From: Phoronis australis
Taxonomy: Eukaryota > Animalia > Phoronida
Assembly (NCBI GenBank): GCA_002633005.1
Contig: NMRA01000027.1
Span: 161,265 to 225,264, forward strand
DNA length: 64,000 nt
Direction of reading: 5' to 3'
Shown piece after piece: positions 1-12,000 of the stretch. Both the position numbers and the translations under genes were made by a program. Below the pieces are notes generated by a model. It worked only from the letters and a program-made list of their open reading frames with translations, did not search any database and had not been told where the DNA came from. Position 1 is the first letter of the stretch. Every line of letters starts with the position of its first letter.

Positions 1-3000
1 GGAATCTCCGTAAAATTCTCGGTTTTTCGAGGTAGGGCAAAGTCGTGCGCGGTTTTGCGCCAATTGACGAAAACTCAACAGTTGAAAGTCAATTCTTTTT
101 CTTTTCCTCTACTGATGGAGGGCCAGAGGACCTTGGAACGGAGGGGCATCGATTTCAACGGTTAGTTTTTCAGCAATAGACATTTCAACTGAGGAGGCGG
201 AATCTCCGTATAATTCTCGGATTTTCGGGGTAGAGCAAAATAGTGCGCGGTTTTTCGCCAATTGACGAAGACTCAACCGTTGAAAGTCAATTCTTTTTCT
301 TTTCCTCTACTGATGGAGGGCCAGAGTACCTAGGAACGGAGGAGCATCGATTTTCAACGGTTAGTTTTCCGGCAATAGACGTTTCAATTGAGGAGGCGGA
401 ATCTCCGTAAAATTCTCGGTTTTTCGGGGTAGGGCAAAGTCGTGCGGGGCTTTGTGCCGATTGACGAAAACTTAACAGTTGAAAGCCAATTCTTTTTCTT
501 TTCCTCTACTGATGGAGGGCCAGAAGACCTAGGAACGGAGGGGCATCGATTTTCAAAGGTTAGTTTTTTAGCAATAGACGTTTGAACTGAGGAGACGGAA
601 TCTCCGTAAAATTCTCGGTTTTTCTAGGTAGGGCAAAGTCGTGCGCGGTTTTGCGCCAATTGACGACAACTCAACCGTTGAAAGTCAATTCTTTTTCTTT
701 TCCTCTACTGATGGAGGGCCAGAGTACCTAGGAACGGAGGGGCATCGATTTTCAACGGTTAGAAGAATATACTTTTTCGGGGTAGGGAAAGTCGTGCGCA
801 GTTTTGCGCCAATTGACGAAAACTCAAAAGTTGAAAGTCAATTTTTTTTCTTTTACTCTACTGATGGTGGGCCAGAGTACCTAGGAATGGAGGGGCATCG
901 ATTTCCAACGGTTAGTTTGTCAGCAATAGACGTTTGAGTTGAGGAGGCGGAATCTCCGTAAAATTCTAGGTTTTTCGGGGTAGGGCAAAATAGTGCGCGG
1001 TTTTGCGCCAATTGACGAAGACTCAACCGTTGAAAGTCAATTCTTATTATTTTCCTCTACTGATGGTTTCTTGGTTTTTCGAGGTAGGGCAAAGTCGTGC
1101 GCGGTTTTGCGCCAATTGACGAAAACTCAACCGTTGAAAGTCATTTTTTTTCTTTTCCTCTACTGATGGAGGGCCAGAGTACCTAGGAACGGAGGAGCTC
1201 CGATTTTCAACGGTTAGTTTTTCAGCAATATACGTTTGAACTGAGGAGGCGGAATCTCCGTAAAATTCTCGGTTTTTCGAGGTAGGGCAAAGTCGTGTCC
1301 GGTTTTGCGCCAATTGACGAAAACTCAACCGTTGAAAGTCAATTCTTTTTCTTTTCCTCTACTGATGGAGGGCCAGAGTATCTAGGAACGGAGGGGCATC
1401 GATTTTCAACGGTTAGTTTTCCGGCAATAGACGTTTGAGTTGAGGAGGCGGAATCTCCGTAAAATTCTAGGTTTTTCGGGGTAGGGCAAAATAGTGCGCA
1501 GTTTTTCGCCAATTGACGAAGACTCAACAGTTGAAAGTCAATTCTTATTCTTTTCTTCTACTGATGGAGGGCCAGAGGACCTAGGAACGGAGGGGCATCG
1601 ATTTTCAACGGTTAGTTTTTCAGCAATAGACGTGCCAATTGACGATGACTCAACCGTTGAAAGTCAATTCTTATTCTTTTCTTCTACTGATGGAGGGCCA
1701 GAGGACCTAGGAATGGAGGGACATTGATTTTCAACGGGTAGTTTTTCAGCAATAGACGTTTGAACTGAGGAGGCGGAATCTCCGTAAAATTCTCGGTTTT
1801 TCGAGGTGGGGCAAAGTCGGGCGCGGTTTTGCGCCAATTGACGAAAACTCAACCGTTGAAAGTCAATTCTTTTTCTTTTCCTCTACTGACGGAGGGCCAG
1901 AGGACCTAGGAACGGAGGAGCATCGATTTTCAACGGTTAGTTTTCCGGTAATAGACGTTTGAACTGAGGGGGCGGAATCTTCGTAAAATTCTCGGTTTTT
2001 CGAGGTAGGGCAAAGTCGTGCGCGGTTTTGCGCCAATTGACGAAAACTCAACAGTTGAAAGTCAATTATTTTTCTTTTCCTCTACTGATGGAGGGCCAGA
2101 GTACCTAGGAACGGAGGGGCATCGATTTCCAACGGTTAGTTTTCCGGCAATAGACGCTTGAGTTGAGGAGGCGGAAACTCCGTAAAATTNTTTTTCTTTT
2201 CGTCTATTGGTGGAGGGCCAGAGTACCTAGGAACGGAGGGGCATCGATTTCCAACGGTTAGTTTTCCTGCAATAGACCTTTGAGTTGAGGAGGCGGAATC
2301 TCCGTAAAATTCTCGGTTATTCGGGGTGGGGCAAAATAGTGCGCAGTTTTTCGCCAATTGACGAAGACTCAACCGTTGAAAGTCAATTCTTATTCTTTTC
2401 CTCTACTGATGGATGGCCAGAGGACCTAGGAACGGAGGGGCATCGATTTTCAACGGTTAGTTTTTCAGCAATAGACGTTTGAACTGATGAGGCGGAATCT
2501 ACGTAAAATTCTCGGTTTTTCGGGGTAGGGCAAAGTCGTGCGCGGTTTTGCGCCAATTGACGAAAACTTAACCGTTGAAAGTCAATTTTTTTTCTTTTCC
2601 CCTACTTATGGATGGCCAGAGGACCTAGGAACGGAGGGGCATCGATTTTCAACGGTTAGTTTTTCAGCAATAGACGTTTGAACTGAGGAGGCGGAATCTC
2701 CGTAAAATTCTCGGTTTTTCGAGGTAGGGCAAAGTCGTGCGCGGTTTTGCGCCAATTGACGAAAACTCAACCGTTGAAAGTCAATTCTTTTTCTTTTCCT
2801 CTACTGATGGAGGGCCAGAGTACCTAGGAACGGAGGGGCATCGATTTCCAACGGTTAGTTTTTCGGCAATAGACGTTTGAACTGAGGAGGCGGAATCTCC
2901 GTAAAATTCTCGGTTTTTCGAGGTAGGGCAAAGTCGTGCGCAGTTTTACGCCAATTGACGAAAACTCAACCGTTGAAAGTCAATTCTTTTTCTTTTCCTC

Positions 3001-6000
3001 TACTGATGGAGGGCCAGAGTACATAGGAACGGAGGGGCATCGATTTCCAACGGTTAGTTTTCCGGCAATAGACGTTTCAACTGTGGAGGCGGAATCTCCG
3101 TAAAATTCTCGGTTTTTCGGGGTAGGGCAAAATAGTGCGCGGTTTTTTGCCAATTGACGAAGACTCAACCGTTGAAAGTCAATTCTTTTTCTTTTCCTCT
3201 ATTGATGGAGGGCCAGAGTACCTAGGAACGGAGGGGCATCGATTTTCAACGGTTAGTTTTTCAGCAATAGACGTTTGAGCTGAGGAGGCGGAATCTCCGT
3301 AAAATTCTCGGTTTTTCGGGGTAGGACAAAGTCGTGCGCCGTTTTGCGCCAATTGACGAAAACTCAAACGTTGAAAGTCAATTCTTTTTCTTTTCCTCTA
3401 TTGATGGAGGGCCAGAGTACCTAGGAACGGAGGGGCATCGATTTTCAACGGTTAGTTTTTCAGCAATAGACGTTTGAACTGAGGAGGCGGAATCTCCGTA
3501 AAATTCTCGGTTTTTCGAGGTAGGGCAAAGTCGTGCGCGGTTTTGCGCCAATTGACGAAAACTCAACCGTTGAAAGTCAATTCTTTTTCTTTTCCTCTAT
3601 TGATGGAGGGCCAGAGTACCTAGGAACGGAGGGGCATCGATTTTCAACGGTTAGTTTTTCAGCAATAGACGTTTGAACTGAGGAGGCGGAATCTCCGTAA
3701 AATTCTCGGTTTTTCGAGGTAGGGCAAAGTCGTGCGCGGTTTTGCGCCAATTGACGAAAACTCAACCGTTGAAAGTCAATTCTTTTTCTTTTCCTCTACT
3801 GATGGAGGGCCAGAGTACCTAGGAACGGAGGGGCATCGATTTTCAACGGTTAGTTTTTCAGCAATAGACGTTTGAACTGAGGAGGCGGAATCTCCGTAAA
3901 ATTCTCGGTTTTTCGAGGTAGGGCAAAGTCGTGCGCGGTTTTGCGCCAATTGACGAAAACTCAACCGTTGAAAGTCAATTCTTTTTCTTTTCCTCTATTG
4001 ATGGAGGGCCAGAGTACCTAGGAACGGAGGGGCATCGATTTTCAACGGTTAGTTTTTCAGCAATAGACGTTTGAACTGAGGAGGCGGAATCTCCGTAAAA
4101 TTCTCGGTTTTTCGAGGTAGGGCAAAGTCGTGCGCGGTTTTGCGCCAATTGACGAAAACTCAACCGTTGAAAGTCAATTCTTTTTCTTTTCCTCTATTGA
4201 TGGAGGGCCAGAGTACCTAGGAACGGAGGGGCATCGATTTTCAACGGTTAGTTTTTCAGCAATAGACGTTTGAACTGAGGAGGCGGAATCTCCGTAAAAT
4301 TCTCGGTTTTTCGAGGTAGGGCAAAGTCGTGCGCGGTTTTGCGCCAATTGACGAAAACTCAACCGTTGAAAGTCAATTCTTTTTCTTTTCCTCTATTGAT
4401 GGAGGGCCAGAGTACCTAGGAACGGAGGGGCATCGATTTTCAACGGTTAGTTTTTCAGCAATAGACGTTTGAACTGAGGAGGCGGAATCTCCGTAAAATT
4501 CTCGGTTTTTCGAGGTAGGGCAAAGTCGTGCGCGGTTTTGCGCCAATTGACGAAAACTCAACTGTTGAAAGTCAATTCTTTTTCTTTTCCTCTATTGATG
4601 GAGGGCCAGAGTACCTAGTAACGGAGGGGCATCGATTTCCAATGGTTAGTTTTCCGGCAATAGACGTTTGAGTTGAGGAGGCGGAATCTCCGTAAAATTC
4701 TCCGTTTTTCGAGGTAGGGCAAAGTCGTGCGCAGTTTTGCGCCAATTGACGAAAACTCAACCGTTGAAAGTCAATTCTTGTTCTTCTCCTCTACTGATGG
4801 AGGGCCAGAAGACCTAGGAACGGAGGAGCATCGATTTTCAACGGTTAGTTTTCCGACAATAGACGTTTCAACTGAGGAGGCGGAATCTCCGTAAAATTCT
4901 CGGTTTTTCGGGGTAGGCCAATGTCGTGCGCGGTTTTACGCCAATTGACGAAAACTCAACCGTTGAAAGTCAATTCTTTTTCTTTTCCTCTACTGATGGA
5001 GGGCAAGAGTACATAGGAACGGAGGGGCATCGATTTCCAACGGTTAGTTTTCCGGCNGGCGGAATATCCGTAAAATTCTCGGTTTTTCGGGGTAGGGCAA
5101 AATAGTGCGCGGTTTTTCGCCAATTGACGAAGACTCAACCGTTGAAAGTCAATTATTATTCTTTTCCCATACTGATGGAGGGCCTGAAGACCTAGGAACG
5201 GAGGGGCATCGATTTTCAATGGTTAGTTTTCCGGCAATAGACGTTTGAGTTGAGGAGGCGGAATCTCCGTAAAATTCTCGGTTTTTCGGGGTAGGGCAAA
5301 GTCGTGCGCTGTTTTGCGCCAATTGACGAAAACTAAATCGTTGAAAGTCAATTCTTTTTCTTTTACTATACTGATGGAAGGCCAGAGTACCTAGGAATGG
5401 AGGGGCATCGATTTCCAACCGTTAGTTTTCCGGCAATAGACGTTTGAGTTGAGCAGGCGGAATCTCCGTAAAATTCTCGGTTTTTCGGGGTAGGGCAAAA
5501 TAGTGCGCGGTTTTTCGCCAATTGACGAAGACTCAACCGTTGAAAGTCAATTTTTATTCTCTTCCTCTACTGATGGAGGGCCAGAGTACCTAGGAACGGA
5601 GGAGCATCGATTTTCAACTGTTAGTTTTTCAGCAATAGACGTTTGAACTGAGGAGGCGGAATCTCCGTAAAATTCTCGTTTTTTCGAGGAAGGGCAAAGT
5701 CGTGCGCGGTTTTTCGCCAATTGACGAAAACTCAACCATTGAAAGTCAATTTTTTTTTCCTCTACTGATGGAGGGCCAGAGTACCTAGGAACGGAGGGGC
5801 ATTGATTTCCAACGGTTAGTTTTCCGGCAATAGACGTTTGAGTTGAGGAGGGGGAATCTCCGTAAAATTCTCGGTTTTTCGGGGTAGGGCAAAGTCGTGC
5901 GCGGTTTTGCGCCAATTGACGAAAACTCATACGTTGAAAGTCAATTATTCTTTTTCTTTTTCTCTATTGATGGAGGGCCAGAGTACCTAGGAACGGAGGG

Positions 6001-9000
6001 GCATCGGTTTTCAACGGTTAGTTTTCCGGCAATAGACGTTTGAGTTGAGGAGGCTGAATCTCCGTAAAATTCTCGGTTTTTCGGGGTAGGGCAAAATAGT
6101 GCGCGGTTTTTCGCCAATTGACGAAAACTCAAGCGTTGAAAGTCAATTCTTTTTCTTTTCCTCTACTGATGGAGGGCCAGAGGACCTAGGAACGGAGGAG
6201 CATCGATTTTCAACGGTTAGTTTTCCGGCAATAGACGTTTGAACTGAGGAGGCGGAATCTCCGTAAAATTCTCGGTTTTTCGGGGTAGGGCAAAGTAGTG
6301 CGCGGTTTTGCGCCAATTGACGAAAACTCAAGAGTTGAAAGTCAATTCTTTTTCTTTTCCTCTATTGATGGAGGGCCAGAGTACCTAGGAACGGAGGGGC
6401 ATCGATTTCCAACGGTTAGTTTTCCGGCAATAGACGTTTGAGTTGAGGATTCGGAATCTCCGTAAAATTCTCGGTTTTTCGGTGTAGGGCAAAATAGTGC
6501 GCGGTTTTGCGCCAATTGACGAAAACTCAACCGTTGAAAGTCAATTCTTTTTCCTTTCCTCTACTGATGGAGGGCCAGAGGACCTAGGAACGGAGGAGCA
6601 TCGATTTTCAACGGTTAGTTTTCCGGCAATAGACGTTTCAGCTGAGGAGGCGGAATCTCCGTAAAATTCTCGGTTTTTCGGGGTAGGGCAAAGTCGTGCG
6701 CGGTTTTGCGCCAATTGACGAAAACTCAACCGTTGAAAGTCAATTCTTTTTCTTTTCCTCTACTGATGGAGGGCCAGAGTACCTAGGAACGGAGGGGCAT
6801 CGATTTCCAACGGTTAGTTTTCCGGCAATAGACGTTTGAGTTGAGGAGGCGGAATCTCCGTAAAATTCTCGGTTTTTCGGGGTAGGGCAAAGTCGTGCGC
6901 GGTTTTGCGCCAATTGACGAAAACTCAACCGTTGAAAGTCAATTCTTTTTCTTTTCCTCTACTGATGGAGGGCCAGAGTACCTAGGAACGGAGGGGCATC
7001 GATTTCCAACGGTTAGTTTTCCGGCAATAGACGTTTGGAGTGAGGAGGCGGAATCTCCGTAAAATCCTCGGTTTTTCGAGGTAGAGCAAAAAGGTGCGGG
7101 TTTTGCGCCGATTGACGAAAACTTAACCGTTAAAAGTCAGTTACTTTTCTTTCCCTTTACTGTGGAACGGCCAGAGGACCTAGGATCGGAGGGGCATCGA
7201 TTTTCAACTGTTAGTTTTCCACCAATGTACGTTTGAAGTGAGGAGGCGGAATCTACAAAAAATTCTCGGTTTTTCGGGGTAGGGCAAAGTCGTGCGCGGT
7301 TTTTCGCCGATTGACGAAAACTTAACCGTTGAAAGTCAATTATTTTTCTTTTCCTCTACTGAGGAATGTCCAGAAGACAAAGGAACGGAGGGGCATCGAT
7401 TTTCAAAGGTCAGCTTTTCGGCAAATAGACGTTTGGAGTGAGGAGGCGGAATCTCCGTAAAATTCTCGGTTTTTCGAGGTAGGGCAAAGTGGTGCCGGTT
7501 TTGCGCCGATTGACGAAAACTTAACCGTTGAAAGTCAGATATTTTTCTTTTACTTTACTGTCTAACGGCCAGAGGACCTAGGAAAGGAGAGGCATCGATT
7601 TTCAACGGTTAGTTTTCCACCAATAGACGTTTGAAGTGAGGAGGCGGAATCTCCAAAAAATTATCGGTTTTTCGGGTTAGGGCAAAGTCGTGCGCGGTTT
7701 TTCGCCGATTCACGAAAACTTAAACGTTGAAAGTCAATTATTTTTCTTTTACTTTACTGTGGTAGGGCCAGAGAACCTAGGAACGGAGAGACATCGATTT
7801 TCAACGGGTTTGATTTCAGGCAATAGACGTTTGAAGTGAAGAGGCGGAATCTCCGTAAAATAATCGGTTTTTCGGGGTAGGGCAAAGTCGTGAGAGGTTT
7901 TGCGCTGATTGACGAAAACTCAACCGTTGAAAGTCAATTATTTTTCTTTTCCTTTACTGAAAACGGAACAGAAGACCTAGGAACGGAGGGGCATCAATTT
8001 TCAACGGTTAGTTTTCCGGCAATAGACGTTTGAGTTGAGGAGGCGGAATCTCCGAAAAATCCTCAGTTTTTCGGGGTAGGGCAAAATAGTGCGCGGTTTT
8101 TCGCCAATTGACGAAGACTCAACCGTTGAAAGTCATTTTTTTTTTCTTTTTCTCTACTAATGGAGGGCCAGAAGACCGAGGAACGGAGGGGTATCGATTT
8201 TCAACGGTTAGTTTTTCAGCAATAGACGTTTGAACTGAGGAGGCGGAATCTCCGTAAAATTCTCGGTTTTTCGGGGTAAGGCAAAGTCGTGTGCCGTTTT
8301 GCACCAATTGACGAAAAGTCAACCGTTGAAAGTCAATTCTTTTTCTTTCCCTCTATTGATGGAGGGCCAGAGTACCTAGGAACGGAGGGGCATCGATTTT
8401 CAATGGTTAGTTTTTCAGCAATAGACGTTTGAACTGAGGAGGCGCAATCTCCGAAAAATTCTCGGTTTTTCGGGGTAGGGCAAAATAGTGCGCGTTTTTT
8501 CGCCAATTAACGAAGACTCAACCGTTGAAAGTCAATTCTTATTCTTTTTCTCTACTGACGGAGGGCCAAAGTACCTAGGAACGGAGGGTCATCGATTTCC
8601 AACGGTTAGTTTTCCGGCAATAGACGTTTGAGTTGAGGAGGCGGAATCTCCGAAAAATCCTCAGTTTTTCGGGGTAGGGCAAAATAGTGCGCGGTTTTTC
8701 GCCAATTGACGAAGACTCAACCGCTGAAAGTCAATTCTTTTTCTTTTCTTCTACTAATGGATGGCCAGAGTACCTAGGAACAGAGGGGCATCGATTTTCA
8801 ACGGTTAGTTTTTCAGCAATAGACGTTTGAGTTGAGGAGGCGGAATCTCCGAAAAATCCTCAGTTTTTCGGGGTAGGGCAAAATAGTGCGCGGTTTTTCG
8901 CCAATTGACGAAGACTCAACGGCTGAAAGTCAATTCTTTTTCTTTTCCTCTATTGATGGAGGGCCAGAGTACCTAGGAACGGAGGGGCATCGATTTTCAA

Positions 9001-12000
9001 CGGTTACTTTTTCAGCAATAGACGTTTGAACTGAGGAGGCAGAATCTCCGTAAAATTCTCGGTTTTTCGGGGTAAGGCAAAGTCGTGCGCAGTTTTGCGC
9101 CAATTGACGAAAACTCAACCGTTGAAAGTCAATTCTTTTTCTTTTCCTCATTGATGGAGGGCCAGGGTACTTAGGAACGGAGGGGCATCGATTTTCAACG
9201 GTTAGTTTTTCAGCAATAGACGTTTGAAATGAGGAGGCGGAATCTCCGTAAGATTCTCGGTTTTTCGGGGTAAGGCAAAGTCGTGCGCGGTTTTGCGCCA
9301 ATTGACGAAAACTCAACCGTTGAAAGTCAATCCTTTTTCTTTTCTTCTACTAATGGAGGGGCAGAGTACCTAGGAACGGAGGGGCATCGATTTTCAACGG
9401 TTAGTTTTTCAGCAATAGACGTTTGAAATGAGGAGGCAGAATCTCCGTAAGATTCTCGGTTTTTCGAGGTAGGGCAAAGCCGTGCGCGGTTTTTCGTTGA
9501 TTGACGAAAATGATAAACGTTGAAAGTCGGATATATTTCATTTCTTCTACTTAGGAAGGGCCAGAGGACCTAGGAACGGAGGGGCATCTACTTTCAAAGG
9601 TTAGTTTTACGGCAATGGACGTTTGAAATGAGGAGGCGGAATCTCCGTTAAATTCTCGGTTTTTCGAGGTAGGGCAAAGCTGTGCGCGGTTTTGCGCCAA
9701 TTGACGAAAACTCAATTGTTAAAAGTCAATTGTTTTTCTTTTCCTCTACTGAAGGAGGGCCAGAGGACCTAGGAACGCAGGAGCATCGATTTTCAACGGT
9801 TAGTTTTTCAGCAATAGACGTTTGAACTGAGGAGGCGGAATCTCCGTAAAATTCTCGGTTTTTCGAGGTAGGGCAAAGTCGTGCGCGGTTTTGCGCCAAT
9901 TGACGAAAACTCAACCGTTGAAAGTCAATTCTTTTTCTTTTCCTCTATTGATGGAGGGCCAGAGTACCTAGGAACGGAGGGGCATCGATTTTCAACGGTT
10001 AGTTTTTCAGCAATAGACGTTTGAACTGAGGAGGCGGAATCTCCGTAAAATTCTCGGTTTTTCGAGGTAGGGCAAAGTCGTGCGCGGTTTTGCGCCAATT
10101 GACGAAAACTCAACCGTTGAAAGTCAATTCTTTTTCTTTTCCTCTACTGATGGAGGGCCAGAGTACCTAGGAACGGAGGGGCATCGATTTCCAACGGTTA
10201 GTTTTCCGGCAATAGACCTTTGAGTTGAGGAGGCGGAATCTCCGTAAAATTCTCGGTTTTTCGGGATAGGGCAAAATAGTGCGCGGTTTTTCGCCACTTG
10301 ACGAAGATTCAACCGATGAAAGTCAATTCTTCTTCTTTTCCTCTACTGATGCAGGGCCAGAGTACCTAGGAACGGAGGGGCATCGATTCCCAACGGCTAG
10401 TTTTCCGGCAATAGACGTTTGAGTTGAGGAGGAGGAATCTCCGTGAAATTCTCGGTTTTTCGGAGTAGGGCAAAGTAGTGCGCGGTTTTTCGCCAATTGA
10501 CGAAGACACAACCGTTGAAAGTCAATTCTTATTCTTTTCATCTACTGATGGAGGGCCAGATAACCTAGGAACGGAGGAGCATCGATTTTCAACGGTTAGT
10601 TTTCCGGCAATAGACGTTTCAACTGAGGAGGCGGATTCTCCTTAAAATTCTCGGTTTTTCGGGGTAGGGCAAAGTCGTGCGCCGTTTTGCACCAATTGAC
10701 GAAAACTCAACCGTTGAAAGTCAATTCTTTTTCTTTTCCTCTATTGATGGAGGGCCAGAGTACCTAGGAACGGAGGGGCATCGATTTTCAACGGTTAGTT
10801 TTTCAGCAATAGACGTTTCAACTGAGGAGGCGGATTCTCCGTAAAATTCTCGGTTTTTCGGGGTAGGGCAAAGTCGTGCGCGGTTTTGCGCCAATTGACG
10901 AAAACTCAACCGCTGAAAGTCAATTCTTTTTCTTTTCCTCTACTGATGGAGGGCCAGAGTACCTAGGAACGGAGGGGCATCGATTTCCAACGGCTAGTTT
11001 TCCGGCAATAGACGTTTGAGTTGAGGAGGCGGAATCTCCGTAAAATTCTCGGTTTTTCGGGGTAGGGCAAAGTCGTTCGCGGTTTTGCGCCAATTGACGG
11101 AAACTCAACCGTTGAATGTCAATTCTTTTTCTTTTGCTCTATTGATGGAGTGCCAGAGTACCTAGGAACGGAGGGGCGTCGATTTCCAACGGTTAGTTTT
11201 CCGGCAATAGACATTTGAGTTGAGGAGGAGGAATCTCCGTAAAATTCTCGTTTTTTCGGGGTAGGGCAAAATAGGGCGCGGTTTTTCGCCACTTGACGAA
11301 GACTCAACCGTTGAAAGTCAATTCTTATTCTTTTCCTCTACCGACGGAGGGCAAGAGGACCTAGGAACGGAGGGGCATCGATTTTCAACGGTTAGTTTTT
11401 CAGCAATAGACGTTTCAACTGAGGAGGCGGATTCTCCGTAAAATTCTCGGTTTTTCGGGGTAGGGCAAAGTCGTGCGCGGTTCTGCGCCAATTGACGAAA
11501 ACTCAACCGCTGAATGTCAATTCTTTTTCATTTCCTCTATTGATGGAGGGCCAGAGTACCTAGGAACGGAGGGGCATCGATTTTCAACGGTTAGTTTTTC
11601 AGCAAAAGACGTTTGAGTTGAGGAGGCGGAATCTCCGTAAAATTCTCGGTTTTTCGAGGTAGGGCAAAGTCGTGCGCGGTTTTGCGCCAATTGACGAAAA
11701 CTCAACCGTTGAAAGTCAATTCTTTTTGATATCCTCTATTGATGGTGGGCCAGAGTACCTAGGAACGGAGGGGCATCGATTTTCAACGGTTAGTTTTTCA
11801 GCAATAGACGTTTGAAATGAGGAGGCGGAATCTCCGTTAAATTCTCGCATTTTCGAGGTAGGGCAAAGTCGTGCGCGGTTTTGCGCCAATTGACGAAAAC
11901 TCAACCGTTAAAAGTCAATTGTTTTTCTTTTCCTCTACTGATGGAAGGCCAGAGGACCTAGGAACGAAGAAGCATCGATTTTCAACTTCTAGTTTTTCAG

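Noticed and set aside
3500-3525. CENP-B box in the satellite (tctcggtttttcgggg variant)
   Set aside because: The two CpGs are 8 nt apart rather than 9, and the conserved TTCG and central A are missing.
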